DNA of 64,000 nt from Pseudomonadota bacterium (GTDB lineage: Bacteria > Pseudomonadota > Gammaproteobacteria > Acidiferrobacterales > UBA6901): the NCBI GenBank assembly GCA_021785515.1, contig JAJYEX010000001.1, positions 719,640 through 783,639 of the forward strand, given 5' to 3'. The notes beneath the pieces are model-generated. The model made no database searches and was not told where the DNA came from. It saw nothing but the letters and a program-made list of their open reading frames with translations. Of the stretch, positions 39,052 through 51,078 are shown piece by piece. How positions within the stretch are numbered: the first letter of the stretch is position 1; every line of letters starts with the position of its first letter. The translations under genes were made by a program, and so were the position numbers.

Positions 39052-42000
39052 GACTCACCAAACTTTCCGGCTGTTGTGCGCGGGCTTGGGTTGCGGCCAT
39101 ATCGGACAGCGCTCGGCGGTACTCAACTGGCATCACTTTCACGAATTTCCGCAGGTACATGTCGAAGTTGTCGAGAATCGTGCGCGCACGGGTACTCCCG
39201 GTGTAGTGCAGATGGCGCTCGATAAGGCAGCGCAGTATCGCGGCGTCGCTGTGTTCCAGGTGGTTGATGTTTACCACTCCATGGTTCTCAAGCTCACCGC
39301 CCTGCACTTCACTTTTCTGGGCAGCCTGGTCTTCTTCCGGAACGGGCGCCAACTCGACCATAGACAGGTTGCAGCGTTTGGTAAAGTCGCCAGCCTCATC
39401 CAGAACATACGCGATCCCGCCGCTCATTCCCGCCGCAAAGTTTCGCCCCGCAACTCCGAGCACCACCACTGTTCCGCCGGTCATGTACTCGCACCCATGG
39501 TCGCCCACACCTTCCACCACGGCGACCGCGCCTGAATTGCGTACTGCAAAACGCTCGCCGGCGACACCCCGGATATAGCACTCCCCGTCGATCGCCCCAT
39601 ACAACACGGTATTGCCGGCTATGATGTTTTCTTCTGCCACAATACGGCTTTCGGCGGACGGTCGGATGACGATTCGTCCGCCGGACAGTCCCTTGCCGAC
39701 ATAGTCATTGGCGTCTCCCTGCAATTCCAGACTTATGCCGCGTGCCAGCCATGCGCCGAGGCTCTGGCCAGCCGTGCCGCGCGCCCGTATCACGATCGTG
39801 TCGGTGGGCAGGCCCGCATGACCATGGCGTCTGGCCACCTCGCCTGAGAGCATCGCGCCGACCGTACGATTGACGTTGCGCACCGGCAGGTCGATTGTCA
39901 CCGGCGTACCTGACTCAATGGCCGGCATCGCTTGCCGAATAAGTTCGTGGTCCAAGGCACGGCTGAGGCCGTGATCCTGCGACTCACAATGAGAAATCGA
40001 GCTGCCGGCTGCAACAGCGGACTGATCCAGAATGCGCGAAAAATCGAGCCCCTTGGCTTTCCAGTGGGTGATGCCGGCACGCATGTCGAGCATGTCGCTG
40101 CGACCGATCATCTCGTCGAAGGTGCGGAATCCCATCTGCGCCATGTACTCGCGCGCCTCTTCCGCCACAAAGAAAAAGTAGTTGATCACATGCTCGGGCT
40201 GCCCGCTGAACCGCTTGCGCAATACCGGATCCTGCGTGGCCACGCCCACTGGACAGGTGTTCAGGTGGCACTTGCGCATCATGATGCAACCCTCCACCAC
40301 CAGCGGCGCCGTGGCGAAACCGAACTCATCGGCACCCAGCAGCGCCCCTATCACCACGTCGCGACCGGTCTTCATTTGCCCATCGACCTGCACGGCGATG
40401 CGGCCACGCAGCTGGTTGAGAACCAGGGTCTGCTGGGTCTCCGCAAGACCCAGTTCCCATGGGCTGCCGGCATACATGACAGACGACAGCGGACTCGCTC
40501 CGGTTCCGCCGTCATGGCCGGAAATGGTAACGTGATCGGCGTGCGCCTTGGATACACCGGCGGCCACCGTCCCGACTCCCACTTCCGACACCAGCTTGAC
40601 GCTGATGGACGCGCGCGGATTGACATTCTTCAGGTCATGAATGAGCTGCGCCAGATCTTCGATCGAATAAATATCGTGATGCGGTGGCGGTGATATCAGG
40701 CCGACGCCCGGCACGGAGAAACGCAGCCGCGCGATGTATTCGCTCACTTTGTGCCCCGGAAGCTGCCCGCCTTCGCCCGGCTTGGCACCTTGGGCCATCT
40801 TGATCTGGATCTGGTCGGCGCTGACCAGATATTCCGTGGTCACGCCAAACCGCCCGGCGGCAACCTGCTTAATCCTGGAACGCAGGGAATCTCCTGGCTG
40901 AAGCGGGACGTCACGCACGACACTGGGAATACGGGAGCGTAGCGTCTCCCCTTCCTGTGCCAGCGGATACCGGCGCGCGTCTTCGCCGCCTTCACCGGTG
41001 TTGGACTTTGCACCGATGCGATTCATCGCAATCGCCAGCGTCGCATGGGCTTCCGTGGAAATAGATCCGAGCGACATGGCCCCGGTAGCAAAACGCTTAA
41101 CGATCTCCCGTGCTGGCTCTACTTCCTCCAGCGGAACGGGCCTGGAAGACTTTTTCATCTCGAACAGGCCGCGCAGGGTCATGAGGCGCCGGCTTTGGTC
41201 ATTGATGAGGCCGGCGTACTCCTTGTAGGTCGCGTAGCTATTGGTTCTGGTCGCATGCTGAAGCCGCGACAGGCACTGTGGCGTCCACATATGCGCCTCG
41301 CCACGTATCCGGTACGCGTAATCGCCGCCGGCATCAAGAGCGCCGCGGTAATCTGGTCTGTCGCCATACGCCAAGCAATGCCAACGCACGGCCTCCTCAG
41401 CAACCGCCTCAAGCCCGACGCCCTCGATCCTGGATGCGGTGCCGGTGAAATAACGGTCCACAAACGCACTGCTCAGGCCGATTGCCTCGAAAATTTGTGC
41501 GCCGCAGTAGGACTGATAGGTTGAGATCCCCATTTTGGACATGACCTTGAGCAGACCCTTGTCCACCGCCTTGATGTAGCGCTTGCAAGCCTCGGCCGGC
41601 TTGAGGTCGGCCAACAGCCCTTCGGTCATGGCAGTGATGGTCTCGAAGGCAAGATAGGGATGTATCGCCTCGGCTCCGTAGCCGGCAAGCATGGCGAAAT
41701 GGTGCACCTCGCGCGCGGAACCGGTTTCAATCACGAGTCCCACCCGGGTGCGCAAACCTTCGCGGATGAGGTGGTGATGGACTGCCGAGGTAGCGAGCAG
41801 TGCCGGCACCGGCAGGCGCGACGCGGAGACATCGCGATCCGACAGGATCAGGACATTGTGGCCCTTGCGGACCGACTCCTCGGCACGGATACACAGCGCA
41901 TCGAGCGCCGGTCCCATTCCGGCAGCCCCCTGTTCCGCCGGATAGCATATGTCCAGCGTTATGGCGTTGAAGCTGCCATCCGTGCATTCCCGGATGCGGC

Positions 42001-43741
42001 GTATCTTGGCCATGTCCTCGTTGGTAAGGACCGGCTGGGTGACCTCGAGCCGATGGTGCGGCTCGGTCTGGTCAAGACCGAGAAGATTGGGACGGGGCCC
42101 GATAAATGACACGAGCGACATCACCAGCTCTTCGCGGATCGGATCTATGGGCGGATTGGTGACCTGGGCAAACAGCTGCTTGAAGTAGCAGTACAGTAGC
42201 TTCGGTCGGTCCGACAGTACTGCGAGTGGCGTGTCGTTACCCATGGAACCTATGGGTTCCTGACCGCCGGTCGCCATGGGCGCCAGGATGAACTTGATGT
42301 CCTCCTGCGTATAGCCGAACGCCTGCTGGCGGTTTAACAACGCCCCAGCCTGCGCCTCGGCCACCGGCACTGAAGGCAGTTTCTCGAGCACCAGCTGGGT
42401 CTTGTCGAGCCAGGCCCGGTACGGGCGCAGCTCCGACAGGCCAGCCTTGAGCTCGGCGTCGTCGATGATGCGTCCGGCCTCCAGGTCAATGAGCAGCATC
42501 TTGCCGGGCTGCAACCGCCACTTTTTTATGATCCTGGACTCGGGCACATCGAGCACTCCCGCCTCGGATGCCATGACGACCGTGTCGTCGTCGGTAATAA
42601 CGTAGCGGGCAGGACGCAGGCCGTTGCGGTCCAGGGTCGCCCCGATCTGGCGGCCGTCGGTAAATGCGACCGCCGCCGGTCCGTCCCACGGTTCCATGAG
42701 CGCCGCATGATATTCGTAGAACGCACGCCGCTTCTCATCCATCAGCGGGTTCCCGGCCCAGGCCTCGGGGATAAGCAGCATCATGGCATGGGCCAGCGAA
42801 TAGCCACCGGCCACGAGCAGTTCGAGGGCATTGTCAAAACAGGCCGAATCGGACTGGCCTTCGACGATGAGCGGCCACAGCTTGTCGAGATCTGCGCCCA
42901 GGAGTTGCGAAGACATGGTGGCCCGACGGGCTGCCATCCCGTTCACGTTCCCACGCAGCGTGTTAATTTCGCCGTTGTGGGCGATCATACGGAACGGGTG
43001 CGCCAGATCCCAGGTGGGAAAGGTGTTGGTCGAGAACCGCTGGTGCACCAATGCAAGGGCGGTCACCAGCGCGGGATCCAGAAGATCGGGGTAATACTCC
43101 GCCACCTGATCTGCGAGCAGCATGCCCTTGTAGACCAGGGTGCGACTGGACAACGACGTAATGTAGAAACCGCCGGCCCCGTCGTGTTCACCGGCCCCCC
43201 GCACTGCATGTTCGATGCGCTTGCGCAGCACGAATAGCTTGCGTTCCAAGGCGTTGCCCGCCGGAATGCCGGCATGCGCCAGGGCTACCTGCCGGACCGT
43301 CGGCTCCACATCTCGGACGCCCCGGCCCAAGCGGGCATTGTTGGTGGGCACATCTCGCCAACCGAGCACGGTCATGCCTTCGGCTGCGGCCGTCTGCACG
43401 ATGATCTTTTCGCATTCTCTGCGTGGTTCTGTATCGCGCGGCAGAAACAGCATACCGATCCCGTAGGCGCCAGCTGCCGGCAGAGAAACGTTCGCGCGCC
43501 CGAATTCCCGCCGCACAAAGGCATCGGGCAGCTGAACCAGGATGCCGGCCCCGTCACCCGCCAGAGGATCGGCTCCCGTCGCGCCACGGTGACTGAGGTT
43601 TCTGAGAATCGTTAGCCCCTGCTCGACGATCGCATGGCTTCGGTGACCCTTGATATGGGCCACAAACCCGACGCCACAGGCATCATGCTCATGGCTGGGA
43701 TCGTACAGGCCTTGCTGCGCAGGCAGCCCCGGATGACTCAC
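39044..43741 (-). CDS. gltB: Glutamate synthase large subunit
   Basis: [22 protein letters not shown] (Ntn amidotransferase Cys), plus FMN and GXGXG C-terminal domains. Start refined to GTG 43741 (ACGAGGT 6 nt upstream). The ORF-track start is 43825. Confidence 0.94.
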   Translation of the reverse strand: MSHPGLPAQQGLYDPSHEHDACGVGFVAHIKGHRSHAIVEQGLTILRNLSHRGATGADPLAGDGAGILVQLPDAFVRREFGRANVSLPAAGAYGIGMLFLPRDTEPRRECEKIIVQTAAAEGMTVLGWRDVPTNNARLGRGVRDVEPTVRQVALAHAGIPAGNALERKLFVLRKRIEHAVRGAGEHDGAGGFYITSLSSRTLVYKGMLLADQVAEYYPDLLDPALVTALALVHQRFSTNTFPTWDLAHPFRMIAHNGEINTLRGNVNGMAARRATMSSQLLGADLDKLWPLIVEGQSDSACFDNALELLVAGGYSLAHAMMLLIPEAWAGNPLMDEKRRAFYEYHAALMEPWDGPAAVAFTDGRQIGATLDRNGLRPARYVITDDDTVVMASEAGVLDVPESRIIKKWRLQPGKMLLIDLEAGRIIDDAELKAGLSELRPYRAWLDKTQLVLEKLPSVPVAEAQAGALLNRQQAFGYTQEDIKFILAPMATGGQEPIGSMGNDTPLAVLSDRPKLLYCYFKQLFAQVTNPPIDPIREELVMSLVSFIGPRPNLLGLDQTEPHHRLEVTQPVLTNEDMAKIRRIRECTDGSFNAITLDICYPAEQGAAGMGPALDALCIRAEESVRKGHNVLILSDRDVSASRLPVPALLATSAVHHHLIREGLRTRVGLVIETGSAREVHHFAMLAGYGAEAIHPYLAFETITAMTEGLLADLKPAEACKRYIKAVDKGLLKVMSKMGISTYQSYCGAQIFEAIGLSSAFVDRYFTGTASRIEGVGLEAVAEEAVRWHCLAYGDRPDYRGALDAGGDYAYRIRGEAHMWTPQCLSRLQHATRTNSYATYKEYAGLINDQSRRLMTLRGLFEMKKSSRPVPLEEVEPAREIVKRFATGAMSLGSISTEAHATLAIAMNRIGAKSNTGEGGEDARRYPLAQEGETLRSRIPSVVRDVPLQPGDSLRSRIKQVAAGRFGVTTEYLVSADQIQIKMAQGAKPGEGGQLPGHKVSEYIARLRFSVPGVGLISPPPHHDIYSIEDLAQLIHDLKNVNPRASISVKLVSEVGVGTVAAGVSKAHADHVTISGHDGGTGASPLSSVMYAGSPWELGLAETQQTLVLNQLRGRIAVQVDGQMKTGRDVVIGALLGADEFGFATAPLVVEGCIMMRKCHLNTCPVGVATQDPVLRKRFSGQPEHVINYFFFVAEEAREYMAQMGFRTFDEMIGRSDMLDMRAGITHWKAKGLDFSRILDQSAVAAGSSISHCESQDHGLSRALDHELIRQAMPAIESGTPVTIDLPVRNVNRTVGAMLSGEVARRHGHAGLPTDTIVIRARGTAGQSLGAWLARGISLELQGDANDYVGKGLSGGRIVIRPSAESRIVAEENIIAGNTVLYGAIDGECYIRGVAGERFAVRNSGAVAVVEGVGDHGCEYMTGGTVVVLGVAGRNFAAGMSGGIAYVLDEAGDFTKRCNLSMVELAPVPEEDQAAQKSEVQGGELENHGVVNINHLEHSDAAILRCLIERHLHYTGSTRARTILDNFDMYLRKFVKVMPVEYRRALSDMAATQARAQQPESLVSHG

Positions 43742-43834
43742 GTTGTACCTCGTTTCAATAATGGGCGCGCGCCCGGAACCCGCTGCGCCGCCAAAAGGCG
43801 CACAAAACCCGGGAATTCCAAGCAAAAGTGCTTA

Positions 43835-43863
43835 ATTTTACCTTTTACCCATGCCCCCATCAA
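43835..43863 (-). promoter_or_regulatory. Candidate sigma70 promoter for gltBD
   Basis: Minus strand: TTGATG (43858-43863), 17-nt spacer, TAAAAT (43835-43840), about 95 nt upstream of the proposed gltB start. Confidence 0.4.
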
Positions 43864-43886
43864 CGGCACCCCCGGACAACCCGGAT

Positions 43887-45038
43887 TCAGGTCAGCGCCC
43901 CCGGATCGAACAGCCGCCGATGCTCCCGAATGGCGTAACGATCGGTCATCCCGGCGATATAGTCCGCAATGATGCGGGCCCGCGCTGGCGCTGGCGCCGA
44001 GCCGCCGATCTTCACCTGGTACTGCGGCGGAAGCAGGCGCAGATCGTCCATAAAAGCGGAAAAAAGTGATTCTATGGTCCGGTGCGCCTTGAGGGTCATG
44101 CGCCGGACCCGGTAATGCGCGTACAACTGCTCACGCAGGAACTGCTTGAGCTCCAGACTCTGCTGGCGGACCGCATCGCTGTTTGCCACGAGCGGCCTCC
44201 CGTACCCGCGCACATCGTCAACCGAGGTGGCTGCGGCCTCTTTCAGCAGCAATGTGCTGTTGTCGATGAGGTCTACCACCAAGCGGTTGATCATACGCCG
44301 CACGATCTCGTGCACCTGTACGCGCTCGGGCAAATCTGGATAGGTCCTGCGTACCAGCGCGTACTGTTCGCCGAACAACTTGATCTCGGCCAATTGTTCG
44401 ATCGTGATCAAACCCGACCTCAGTCCATCGTCAACATCGTGGTTGTTGTAGGCAATCTCGTCGGCGACGTTTGCAATCTGCGCCTCCAGGCTCGGCTGCC
44501 TCTTCTCCAGAAAGCGCTTGCCGAGCTCGCCCAGTTCGGCGGCGTTCTTTGGTGAACAGTGCTTGAGTATCCCTTCACGCGTTTCGAACGTCAGATTAAG
44601 TCCCGGAAAACCCGCATACTTCTCCTCCAGAAAATCCACTACGCGCAAAGACTGAAGGTTGTGCTCGAAACCACCGAATTCCCGCATGCAGGCGTTCAGC
44701 GCATCCTGTCCGGAATGGCCAAACGGCGTGTGGCCGAGATCATGGGCGAGCGAGATCGCCTCGGTAAGATCTTCGTTGAGCCTCATCGCGCGCGCCACGG
44801 ACCGGCCTATCTGGGCCACTTCGACGGAATGGGTGAGGCGGGTGCGAAACAGATCACCCTCGTGATTCACGAAGACCTGGGTCTTGTATTCCAGGCGACG
44901 GAACGCGGCACAATGTATGATACGGTCGCGGTCGCGCTGCATTTCGGAACGGTATGAGGGCGACGGTTCGGGATGCTGACGTCCTCGCGACGTCTCGTCT
45001 CTGACAGCATACGGGGCAAGCCCCGCCACCGGGTTCAC
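43887..45038 (-). CDS. dgt: Deoxyguanosinetriphosphate triphosphohydrolase-like protein (HD domain)
   Basis: 383 aa. [48 protein letters not shown]. Confidence 0.9.
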   Translation of the reverse strand: MNPVAGLAPYAVRDETSRGRQHPEPSPSYRSEMQRDRDRIIHCAAFRRLEYKTQVFVNHEGDLFRTRLTHSVEVAQIGRSVARAMRLNEDLTEAISLAHDLGHTPFGHSGQDALNACMREFGGFEHNLQSLRVVDFLEEKYAGFPGLNLTFETREGILKHCSPKNAAELGELGKRFLEKRQPSLEAQIANVADEIAYNNHDVDDGLRSGLITIEQLAEIKLFGEQYALVRRTYPDLPERVQVHEIVRRMINRLVVDLIDNSTLLLKEAAATSVDDVRGYGRPLVANSDAVRQQSLELKQFLREQLYAHYRVRRMTLKAHRTIESLFSAFMDDLRLLPPQYQVKIGGSAPAPARARIIADYIAGMTDRYAIREHRRLFDPGALT

Positions 45039-46120
45039 ATGCCGCCACCGCAGCGATCGAGCGTTTCAGCGATCGCCGCCAGTGGGACATCGGCGCTGAT
45101 GACCGCATCGCCCACCGCTTTCAGCAGAACCAGACGCAACCGGCCGTCCTCCACCTTCTTGTCGACAGACATTAACTCCAGCATGCGGTCGACACCAAGC
45201 GCTGCGGGAATCCGCGTGGGCAGCCGGGCACGGGCGACCAGCGCACGCACGCGCTCGACGTCCCGTTCTCCCAGCCATCCGAGCCGATGTGACAGGTCCG
45301 CGGCGGCCACCATCCCCGCGGCAACCGCCTCGCCGTGCAGCCAGCTTCCGTAGCCCATCCCGGTCTCGATGGCGTGTCCGAAGGTATGGCCAAGATTGAG
45401 CAGTGCCCGCTGACCGCGCTCGGTTTCATCGGCCGCCACCACTGCCGCCTTGTCGACACAGGAGCACTCTATGGCGTACGCCACGGCTTCGGGGTCCCTG
45501 GCAAGCAGCCGGTCAAGGTTTGCCTCCAACCAGCGGAAAAATTCGCTATCGCGGATCAGTCCGTACTTGATTACTTCGGCGAGACCTGCCGCCAGCTCTT
45601 TGTCGGGAAGAGTATCCAGGGTGGCGGTGTCGATGACGACGCAGCGTGGCTGATGGAAGGCGCCTATCATGTTCTTGCCCAGCGGATGGTTGACCCCGGT
45701 CTTGCCACCGACTGAAGAGTCCACTTGCGCCAACAGGGTTGTCGGAACCTGGATAAACGGTACCCCACGCTGGTAGGTCGCCGCGGCAAACCCCGTCATG
45801 TCGCCGACGACACCGCCCCCCAGCGCCACCAGGGTCGTCCGCCGATCACACCGCTGCTCCAGCAACGCATCGAAAATGCGGTTTACGTCGCCGAGCGTCT
45901 TGTACTGTTCACCATCCGGCATAACCACGGTTACGGGCGCAAACCGGTCCAGGACAGAAACCAGCGCATCGAGGTACAGCGGTGCCACGGTGGTATTGGT
46001 GACAATCAGAACCCGGCGACCGGCGACGTGCCCGCTGAACAGGTCCGCACGCCTGAGCAAGCCGGCACCGATATAAATGGGGTAGCTGCGGTCACCCAGA
46101 TCAACAACCAGCTTCTTCAT
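45035..46120 (-). CDS. aroB: 3-dehydroquinate synthase
   Basis: 361 aa. [20 protein letters not shown], ...GKN.IGAFHQP..., [11 protein letters not shown]. Overlaps the dgt start by 4 nt. Confidence 0.94.
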   Translation of the reverse strand: MKKLVVDLGDRSYPIYIGAGLLRRADLFSGHVAGRRVLIVTNTTVAPLYLDALVSVLDRFAPVTVVMPDGEQYKTLGDVNRIFDALLEQRCDRRTTLVALGGGVVGDMTGFAAATYQRGVPFIQVPTTLLAQVDSSVGGKTGVNHPLGKNMIGAFHQPRCVVIDTATLDTLPDKELAAGLAEVIKYGLIRDSEFFRWLEANLDRLLARDPEAVAYAIECSCVDKAAVVAADETERGQRALLNLGHTFGHAIETGMGYGSWLHGEAVAAGMVAAADLSHRLGWLGERDVERVRALVARARLPTRIPAALGVDRMLELMSVDKKVEDGRLRLVLLKAVGDAVISADVPLAAIAETLDRCGGGM

Positions 46121-46703
46121 TGCGTTTCTCGTGCTTGAGCTTGGTCATGACGTCACGAGCCACGGCAACCGGGCTACGCCGGTCCGTATCGACAATAACG
46201 TGGGCGGTGCTCCGGTAAAGCGGCTCGCGTTCTCGCATAAGTTCCGCGATTTTGCCACGCGGATTGTCGGTTTGCAGCAACAGTGGCCGACAGCGATCCC
46301 TCCTGGTGCGCTCCAAGAGGATTTCGGCGTTCGCCCGTAGATATACAACGATGCCATGGTCACGCAGGGCATCCCGGTTTGCCTCGCTCAACACAACGCC
46401 GCCGCCCGTGGCCAGCACCAGATTGGGGCGGGTGACCAGGTCAGCGATCACGGCCGCTTCCCGTTTCCGGAATCCGGCCTCGCCTTCGATTTCGAAGATC
46501 AGCGGAATGCCGGCCCCGGTGCGAGCCTCAATTTCCTGGTCCGAGTCGCAGAAATCCATGGCGAGCATCGCCGCCAGGTGGCGCCCAATGGTCGTCTTAC
46601 CGGCCCCCATGGGCCCGATGAGGAATACACGGGGAAAGAGCGGCTCCCGATGGGGGTCGGAAGATCCCGGCGGAGAAGAATCGTGTCGGCTCATTGCTGG
46701 CAT
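46101..46703 (-). CDS. aroK: Shikimate kinase
   Basis: [19 protein letters not shown]...DSDQEIE...G..I..IF...GE..FR..E. It has an N-terminal extension of about 20 aa, so the start is uncertain. Confidence 0.92.
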   Translation of the reverse strand: MPAMSRHDSSPPGSSDPHREPLFPRVFLIGPMGAGKTTIGRHLAAMLAMDFCDSDQEIEARTGAGIPLIFEIEGEAGFRKREAAVIADLVTRPNLVLATGGGVVLSEANRDALRDHGIVVYLRANAEILLERTRRDRCRPLLLQTDNPRGKIAELMREREPLYRSTAHVIVDTDRRSPVAVARDVMTKLKHEKRNEEAGC

Positions 46704-46788
46704 ATGCCAGCAAGATAACAGGAAATCAATAGTGTCGCCCGGATACTGGGGCCTGTCCGGGCGGGGAATACCCGCCCGGAACCTGACC

Positions 46789-49341
46789 TCAGCGCATGAC
46801 GAGTGAGTTGGGCAGGATACGCGGCGTCAGAAATACCAGCAATTCGTCCCGGTCGTTCTGCACGTTCTTGCTGCGGAACGCCCAGCCTATGAGCGGCAGA
46901 TCCCCGAAAAACGGCACCTTGCTGATGGTCAGCTGTTTCGTCTGCTGATAGATGCCGCCAATAACCACAGTTTCGCCGTTGTCCAACAGAACCTGCGTGT
47001 TGACACGCTTCTTGTTCATCGTGCTGTCCGAAGGCGATGCGGAATTGAAGCTGTCATTGGTGATATGCACATTCAGGTTCACACGGTTGTCCGGTGTAAT
47101 CTGAGGAGTTACCTCCAGCTTCAGCACCGCGTTCTTGGTGATGAACGACTGCGTGCCCAACCCGCCACCCTGGGCCAGGAAGGTTCTCTCTTGGCCGGAT
47201 TCGATCACGGCCTTCTTTTCGTTCGCCGTTACGACGCGCGGGCTCGAGATGATCTTGCCACGACCCTCCTGCTGCAGGGCCGACAACTCCAAATTGAGCA
47301 GGTTGCCATTGGGCAGGCCCATGAAGGTAAGCGCCAGAGATCCCGGGTTCACGGCATTGATTTCCGACGCCGCCATGTTCACGCTGAGCGCATTGCCATC
47401 AAACACGGGTGCTTGCGGGGTCGGCGGATTGAGCAGGTATTGATTACATTCGAGCGTGCCGCAGGTTATGTTGGAAGCGGTCTGACTCTGTACACCCAGC
47501 CGCACCCCGAGGTTCTTCGCGAAGTTGTCGCTGGCCTCTACGATGCGTGTTTCGATCATCACCTGGCGCACAGGCCTGTCCAGCTCCTCGATCAGCTTTC
47601 GCACCTGAGCGATCTTCTCGGGAACGTCCTGGATCAGCAGCGAGTTGGTACGGTTGTCGACCGTCACCTGTCCACGTGGAGAAAGCAGTGTATTTGACTC
47701 GGTCTGGAGCTTCGAGTAGGTGACGTTGCCCGCAGTCGGATACCCCTGCTGACCTCCGGTGCTTACGGGTTTGATAGATTTTAGAAGCTTGGCGATGCTC
47801 GCCGCCTTGGCGTAGTTGATCGGGATCAGGACGGTCTCTAGCGGCTCGAGTTTCAGACGCTCCTGATCGGCCAAGAGCTCCACTTTCTGCTGCGCCGCTG
47901 CCTCGGCAGCAGTCTCCACGGTGATGATGTTGCCGCTGCGCGACATGACCAGTCCCTTGGCATGCAGGATCACGGCCAGAGCCTGGTCCCACGGGACGTT
48001 GTGCAGTCTCAGGGTCAGGTTGCCCTTCACTTTATTGCTTGCGACGAAGTTCAGGCCGGTGAAGTCAGCCAGGACCTGCAGCGCGGCGCGCACGTCGATG
48101 TTCTGGAAATTGAGCGACAGCCGCTTGCCTGTGTAAATCTTGTGTCCGACTTTCGTCGACCCTATTCCCGCGATTACCGGCTTGATGTCGACGGTGAACC
48201 GGTCATCGGTCTGATAAGCGATATGGTCGTACTTGCCGGCCGCGCGAATCACCATCCGCACGTCGCGCCCCCGCTGAAAAGTATCGATGTACCGGACCGG
48301 GGTGGCAAAGTCTGTCACGTCGAGCTGACGTTGCAGCGACGGCGTCAGATAGGTATTGAGAAAGTCGACGGTGATCTTTCCAGGCTCGTGGCTTAGGTTG
48401 ATGCCCACCCCGCTGTCCGACAGCCCGACGATCACCCGCCCATCGCCCTCTGGACCGCGGCGGAAATTGACGCTGGCGAGACTGTGCCGGAGATGTCCCA
48501 CGGGCGCGGCAAAATGCAGCAGCCGGCTGTGCCCAGCCGGCGCCTCACCGGCCGGATTCGCCACCGTGATGATGAATTCGTTGCCGGATTTGATCGTGGT
48601 ATAGCGCGCCGGCGTTAACAGGCTCAGCACCACGCGCGAGCGATGGCGGGCCTGGATCGCAACCACGTTTGAGAGTGCCCCTTCGTTGACCGGCACCATG
48701 TCCTTGGCCAGGTCCAGCTTGGTGTTGGCGAAATCGAACGATATGCTCGGCGGATTGTCGATTGTAAATGCAGCCGGAGTCTCCGGCGGATGAGCCATCT
48801 GCAGGCGGATCTGCATCTCGTCCCCGGGCAATTTCAGATACCGGATCTTCGTGATCGCGTTGCTGGCCGTTGACGGTGCAGGCGCCACCGGGGCACTCGC
48901 CGGCAGCGCGGTTGTTACCGCATGGCGGGGGCTGGCCATAACCCAGTAGCCGAAGCTCGTCGGCACGACCTTGACCTGTCCAGGAACGGTCATCAGAAGA
49001 TCCACGTTCACGGCGCTGCTGTTATGGGCGAGATAGGGGTAGACACCCTTCACCGGTCCCCGACCGCTGAGATCCCTGACCGAGGGGCCGAGTTTGGCAC
49101 CCGGAAAACTGATCCGCAGACGCTTGTTCCCGTCGTGCGTGCTTACTTGGTAGGTTGACTTGCCCGAGACCCGTACCTGCAGAACGGGCGATTGGCCACT
49201 CGATACCCAGCTAAGCCCGGAAATCTCAGCGGCGGCGGCGGTGCCAGCTAGGCACAGCGAGGCGGCAATAAGCAGCAGTCGGGCAAAACCCAAATACCCA
49301 GCGCTGCCGGATCCCTGCAGATTTCTTATGAGTCTTTTCAT
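46789..49341 (-). CDS. pilQ: Type IV pilus secretin PilQ (three AMIN-like N-terminal repeats)
   Basis: Start refined to ATG 49341 (MKRLIRNL..., signal peptide), 18 nt after the pilP stop. Secretin C-terminus ...VPFFGDLPLIGWAFR. Confidence 0.93.
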   Translation of the reverse strand: MKRLIRNLQGSGSAGYLGFARLLLIAASLCLAGTAAAAEISGLSWVSSGQSPVLQVRVSGKSTYQVSTHDGNKRLRISFPGAKLGPSVRDLSGRGPVKGVYPYLAHNSSAVNVDLLMTVPGQVKVVPTSFGYWVMASPRHAVTTALPASAPVAPAPSTASNAITKIRYLKLPGDEMQIRLQMAHPPETPAAFTIDNPPSISFDFANTKLDLAKDMVPVNEGALSNVVAIQARHRSRVVLSLLTPARYTTIKSGNEFIITVANPAGEAPAGHSRLLHFAAPVGHLRHSLASVNFRRGPEGDGRVIVGLSDSGVGINLSHEPGKITVDFLNTYLTPSLQRQLDVTDFATPVRYIDTFQRGRDVRMVIRAAGKYDHIAYQTDDRFTVDIKPVIAGIGSTKVGHKIYTGKRLSLNFQNIDVRAALQVLADFTGLNFVASNKVKGNLTLRLHNVPWDQALAVILHAKGLVMSRSGNIITVETAAEAAAQQKVELLADQERLKLEPLETVLIPINYAKAASIAKLLKSIKPVSTGGQQGYPTAGNVTYSKLQTESNTLLSPRGQVTVDNRTNSLLIQDVPEKIAQVRKLIEELDRPVRQVMIETRIVEASDNFAKNLGVRLGVQSQTASNITCGTLECNQYLLNPPTPQAPVFDGNALSVNMAASEINAVNPGSLALTFMGLPNGNLLNLELSALQQEGRGKIISSPRVVTANEKKAVIESGQERTFLAQGGGLGTQSFITKNAVLKLEVTPQITPDNRVNLNVHITNDSFNSASPSDSTMNKKRVNTQVLLDNGETVVIGGIYQQTKQLTISKVPFFGDLPLIGWAFRSKNVQNDRDELLVFLTPRILPNSLVMR

Positions 49342-49358
49342 AGGTTCGTACCGTTGTT

Positions 49359-49868
49359 TTAATCTGCCAAAGCGAGGCTCGCCTGGCGTTGCACCCATTG
49401 CCCCGTGGGACCCTGGATGAGTTCCGTAATCCGAATCCGATCCTCCGTGATCCGAGTGACCAGACCGTAGTTCAGCCCGATATGGGCCCCAACCGTCACG
49501 CGGTGAACGCTTCCGTCGGGCGCCACCACGATGGCCCACACCTGCTTGCCGCTTACGATGGTGCCAACCATCTTCAGCGCATCGAGCGGGAATTGCTCGA
49601 GCGGGCCCTTGCGCCGGTTCAGATTTGGCTGCGGTGCCGAGTGTGCGCCCCGCGTATCCAGGTTCTCCGGCGAGAATGGGTCAGGCAGTTTGGAGGCCGA
49701 ATATGCAAAAGTGGGTGCCGACTTCACTTCCGGGAATGGCTCGATTTTTGGTCTGCGGTGCGCATAGGCATTTTTGACGAAGCTACGCAGATCGGACATG
49801 TTGTTTCCACCACAGCCTGCCAGGCTCAGCGCGGCGAGCCCGAACACCACCATGTTACGCAGCCTCAT
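49359..49868 (-). CDS. pilP: Type IV pilus assembly lipoprotein PilP
   Basis: 169 aa. Lipobox LSLAGC. Position is between pilO and pilQ. Confidence 0.88.
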   Translation of the reverse strand: MRLRNMVVFGLAALSLAGCGGNNMSDLRSFVKNAYAHRRPKIEPFPEVKSAPTFAYSASKLPDPFSPENLDTRGAHSAPQPNLNRRKGPLEQFPLDALKMVGTIVSGKQVWAIVVAPDGSVHRVTVGAHIGLNYGLVTRITEDRIRITELIQGPTGQWVQRQASLALAD

Positions 49869-50500
49869 TTGGCCCCCACGCGCCGGAACGGCGGCTTTCT
49901 TGCTGGGGAGCGCGCCATCTCGCTGGGCTCGAGATAGCGGTAGGTCTTGGCCAGAGTGGTCATGGTGAGGTGGTTGGTTCCGGGCTTGCTCACGATGCTG
50001 ATCTGGCTGAGCGTAACAATACGCGGCAGCGCAGCCAGGGAGCTCACAAACTCGCCCATTTCATGATAGGTTCCAGTGACCTTGATGCTGACCGGCAGCA
50101 CCGCGTAGAAATCGAGCGGCTTCTCGTTCTCCGGCTTGAACAGGACGAACTGCAGGCCACGTCCGAGGCCCGCCTGCGTGATGTCGACCAGCAGATTCGG
50201 CACCTCCGTCTTGTCCGGCAGCTGGCGCAGCAGGGTACCGAAAGCCTGGTTCATCTCGAGCATCTGCTGTTTGTACGCCGGAAGGTTGATTGCCAGCGCC
50301 TTCTTCTCCAGAAACGTCTGCTTGAGAGTCTGCTCCTGTTGCTTGGCCTGGTTCAGCGTTGCAATCTTGTCCGAAATGAAAAAATAGTATCCGAGACCCA
50401 GTATCACGATGCACGCCACCACGATGGCGCCGATTTTGATCGGATAGGGCCAAGACCCGATGTCGTTAAGGTCGATGTTCTTGAAGTCGTCGAGTGTCAT
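49865..50500 (-). CDS. pilO: Type IV pilus assembly protein PilO
   Basis: 211 aa. Single N-terminal TM, a coiled-coil region, and 4-nt overlaps with its neighbours. Confidence 0.88.
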   Translation of the reverse strand: MTLDDFKNIDLNDIGSWPYPIKIGAIVVACIVILGLGYYFFISDKIATLNQAKQQEQTLKQTFLEKKALAINLPAYKQQMLEMNQAFGTLLRQLPDKTEVPNLLVDITQAGLGRGLQFVLFKPENEKPLDFYAVLPVSIKVTGTYHEMGEFVSSLAALPRIVTLSQISIVSKPGTNHLTMTTLAKTYRYLEPSEMARSPARKPPFRRVGAK

Positions 50501-51078
50501 GACCTCAGCCCTTCCTTCTGCGCAGCTTTCTTGGCAGCCTTGTCGGTTTCAAGTACATGCAGAGTGAACTCGCTCACCCGCGTGTGGTTCTGAACTGTGA
50601 CATGGATGACATCCAGGTCGGGTTTGGCGAACCAGTTGGATTGGTCGAGCTGGCGCATAAACGCCGATACGCGGGCATTGGACTGGGCAACCCCGCTGAT
50701 CGTGAAGGCGGAGCCTTGCTGGATAAAACTCGTCAGGTATATGCCCGGGGGCAGTCTGCGCACCAGACTGTCAAACACGTGTACGATCTGGGTACGGTCG
50801 GCCTGCAGGTGCTCGATGACGTGCATACGTGCGATCAGGGCCTGGCGTTCCTGCTTGAGCTTTCTGATAGCCTGGATCTGCTTGTCGAGCTTGTTGATCT
50901 GAGCGGTCAAGTACTGGTTGCGCAGGTTCTGATCGTGGATCCGGCTGTTCACGTTTACGTACACGTAGAACACGATCAAACCCATCAGGATCACCATACC
51001 AATGCCGATACTCAGCAACTGGCGGTCCTGCTCCTTGCGCCGCAGCTGGCGCCACGGCAATAGGTTGAGTCTGGTCAT
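50497..51078 (-). CDS. pilN: Type IV pilus assembly protein PilN
   Basis: 193 aa. MTRLNLLPWRQ..R (the conserved INLLPxR-like N-terminus), then a TM segment. Confidence 0.9.
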   Translation of the reverse strand: MTRLNLLPWRQLRRKEQDRQLLSIGIGMVILMGLIVFYVYVNVNSRIHDQNLRNQYLTAQINKLDKQIQAIRKLKQERQALIARMHVIEHLQADRTQIVHVFDSLVRRLPPGIYLTSFIQQGSAFTISGVAQSNARVSAFMRQLDQSNWFAKPDLDVIHVTVQNHTRVSEFTLHVLETDKAAKKAAQKEGLRS

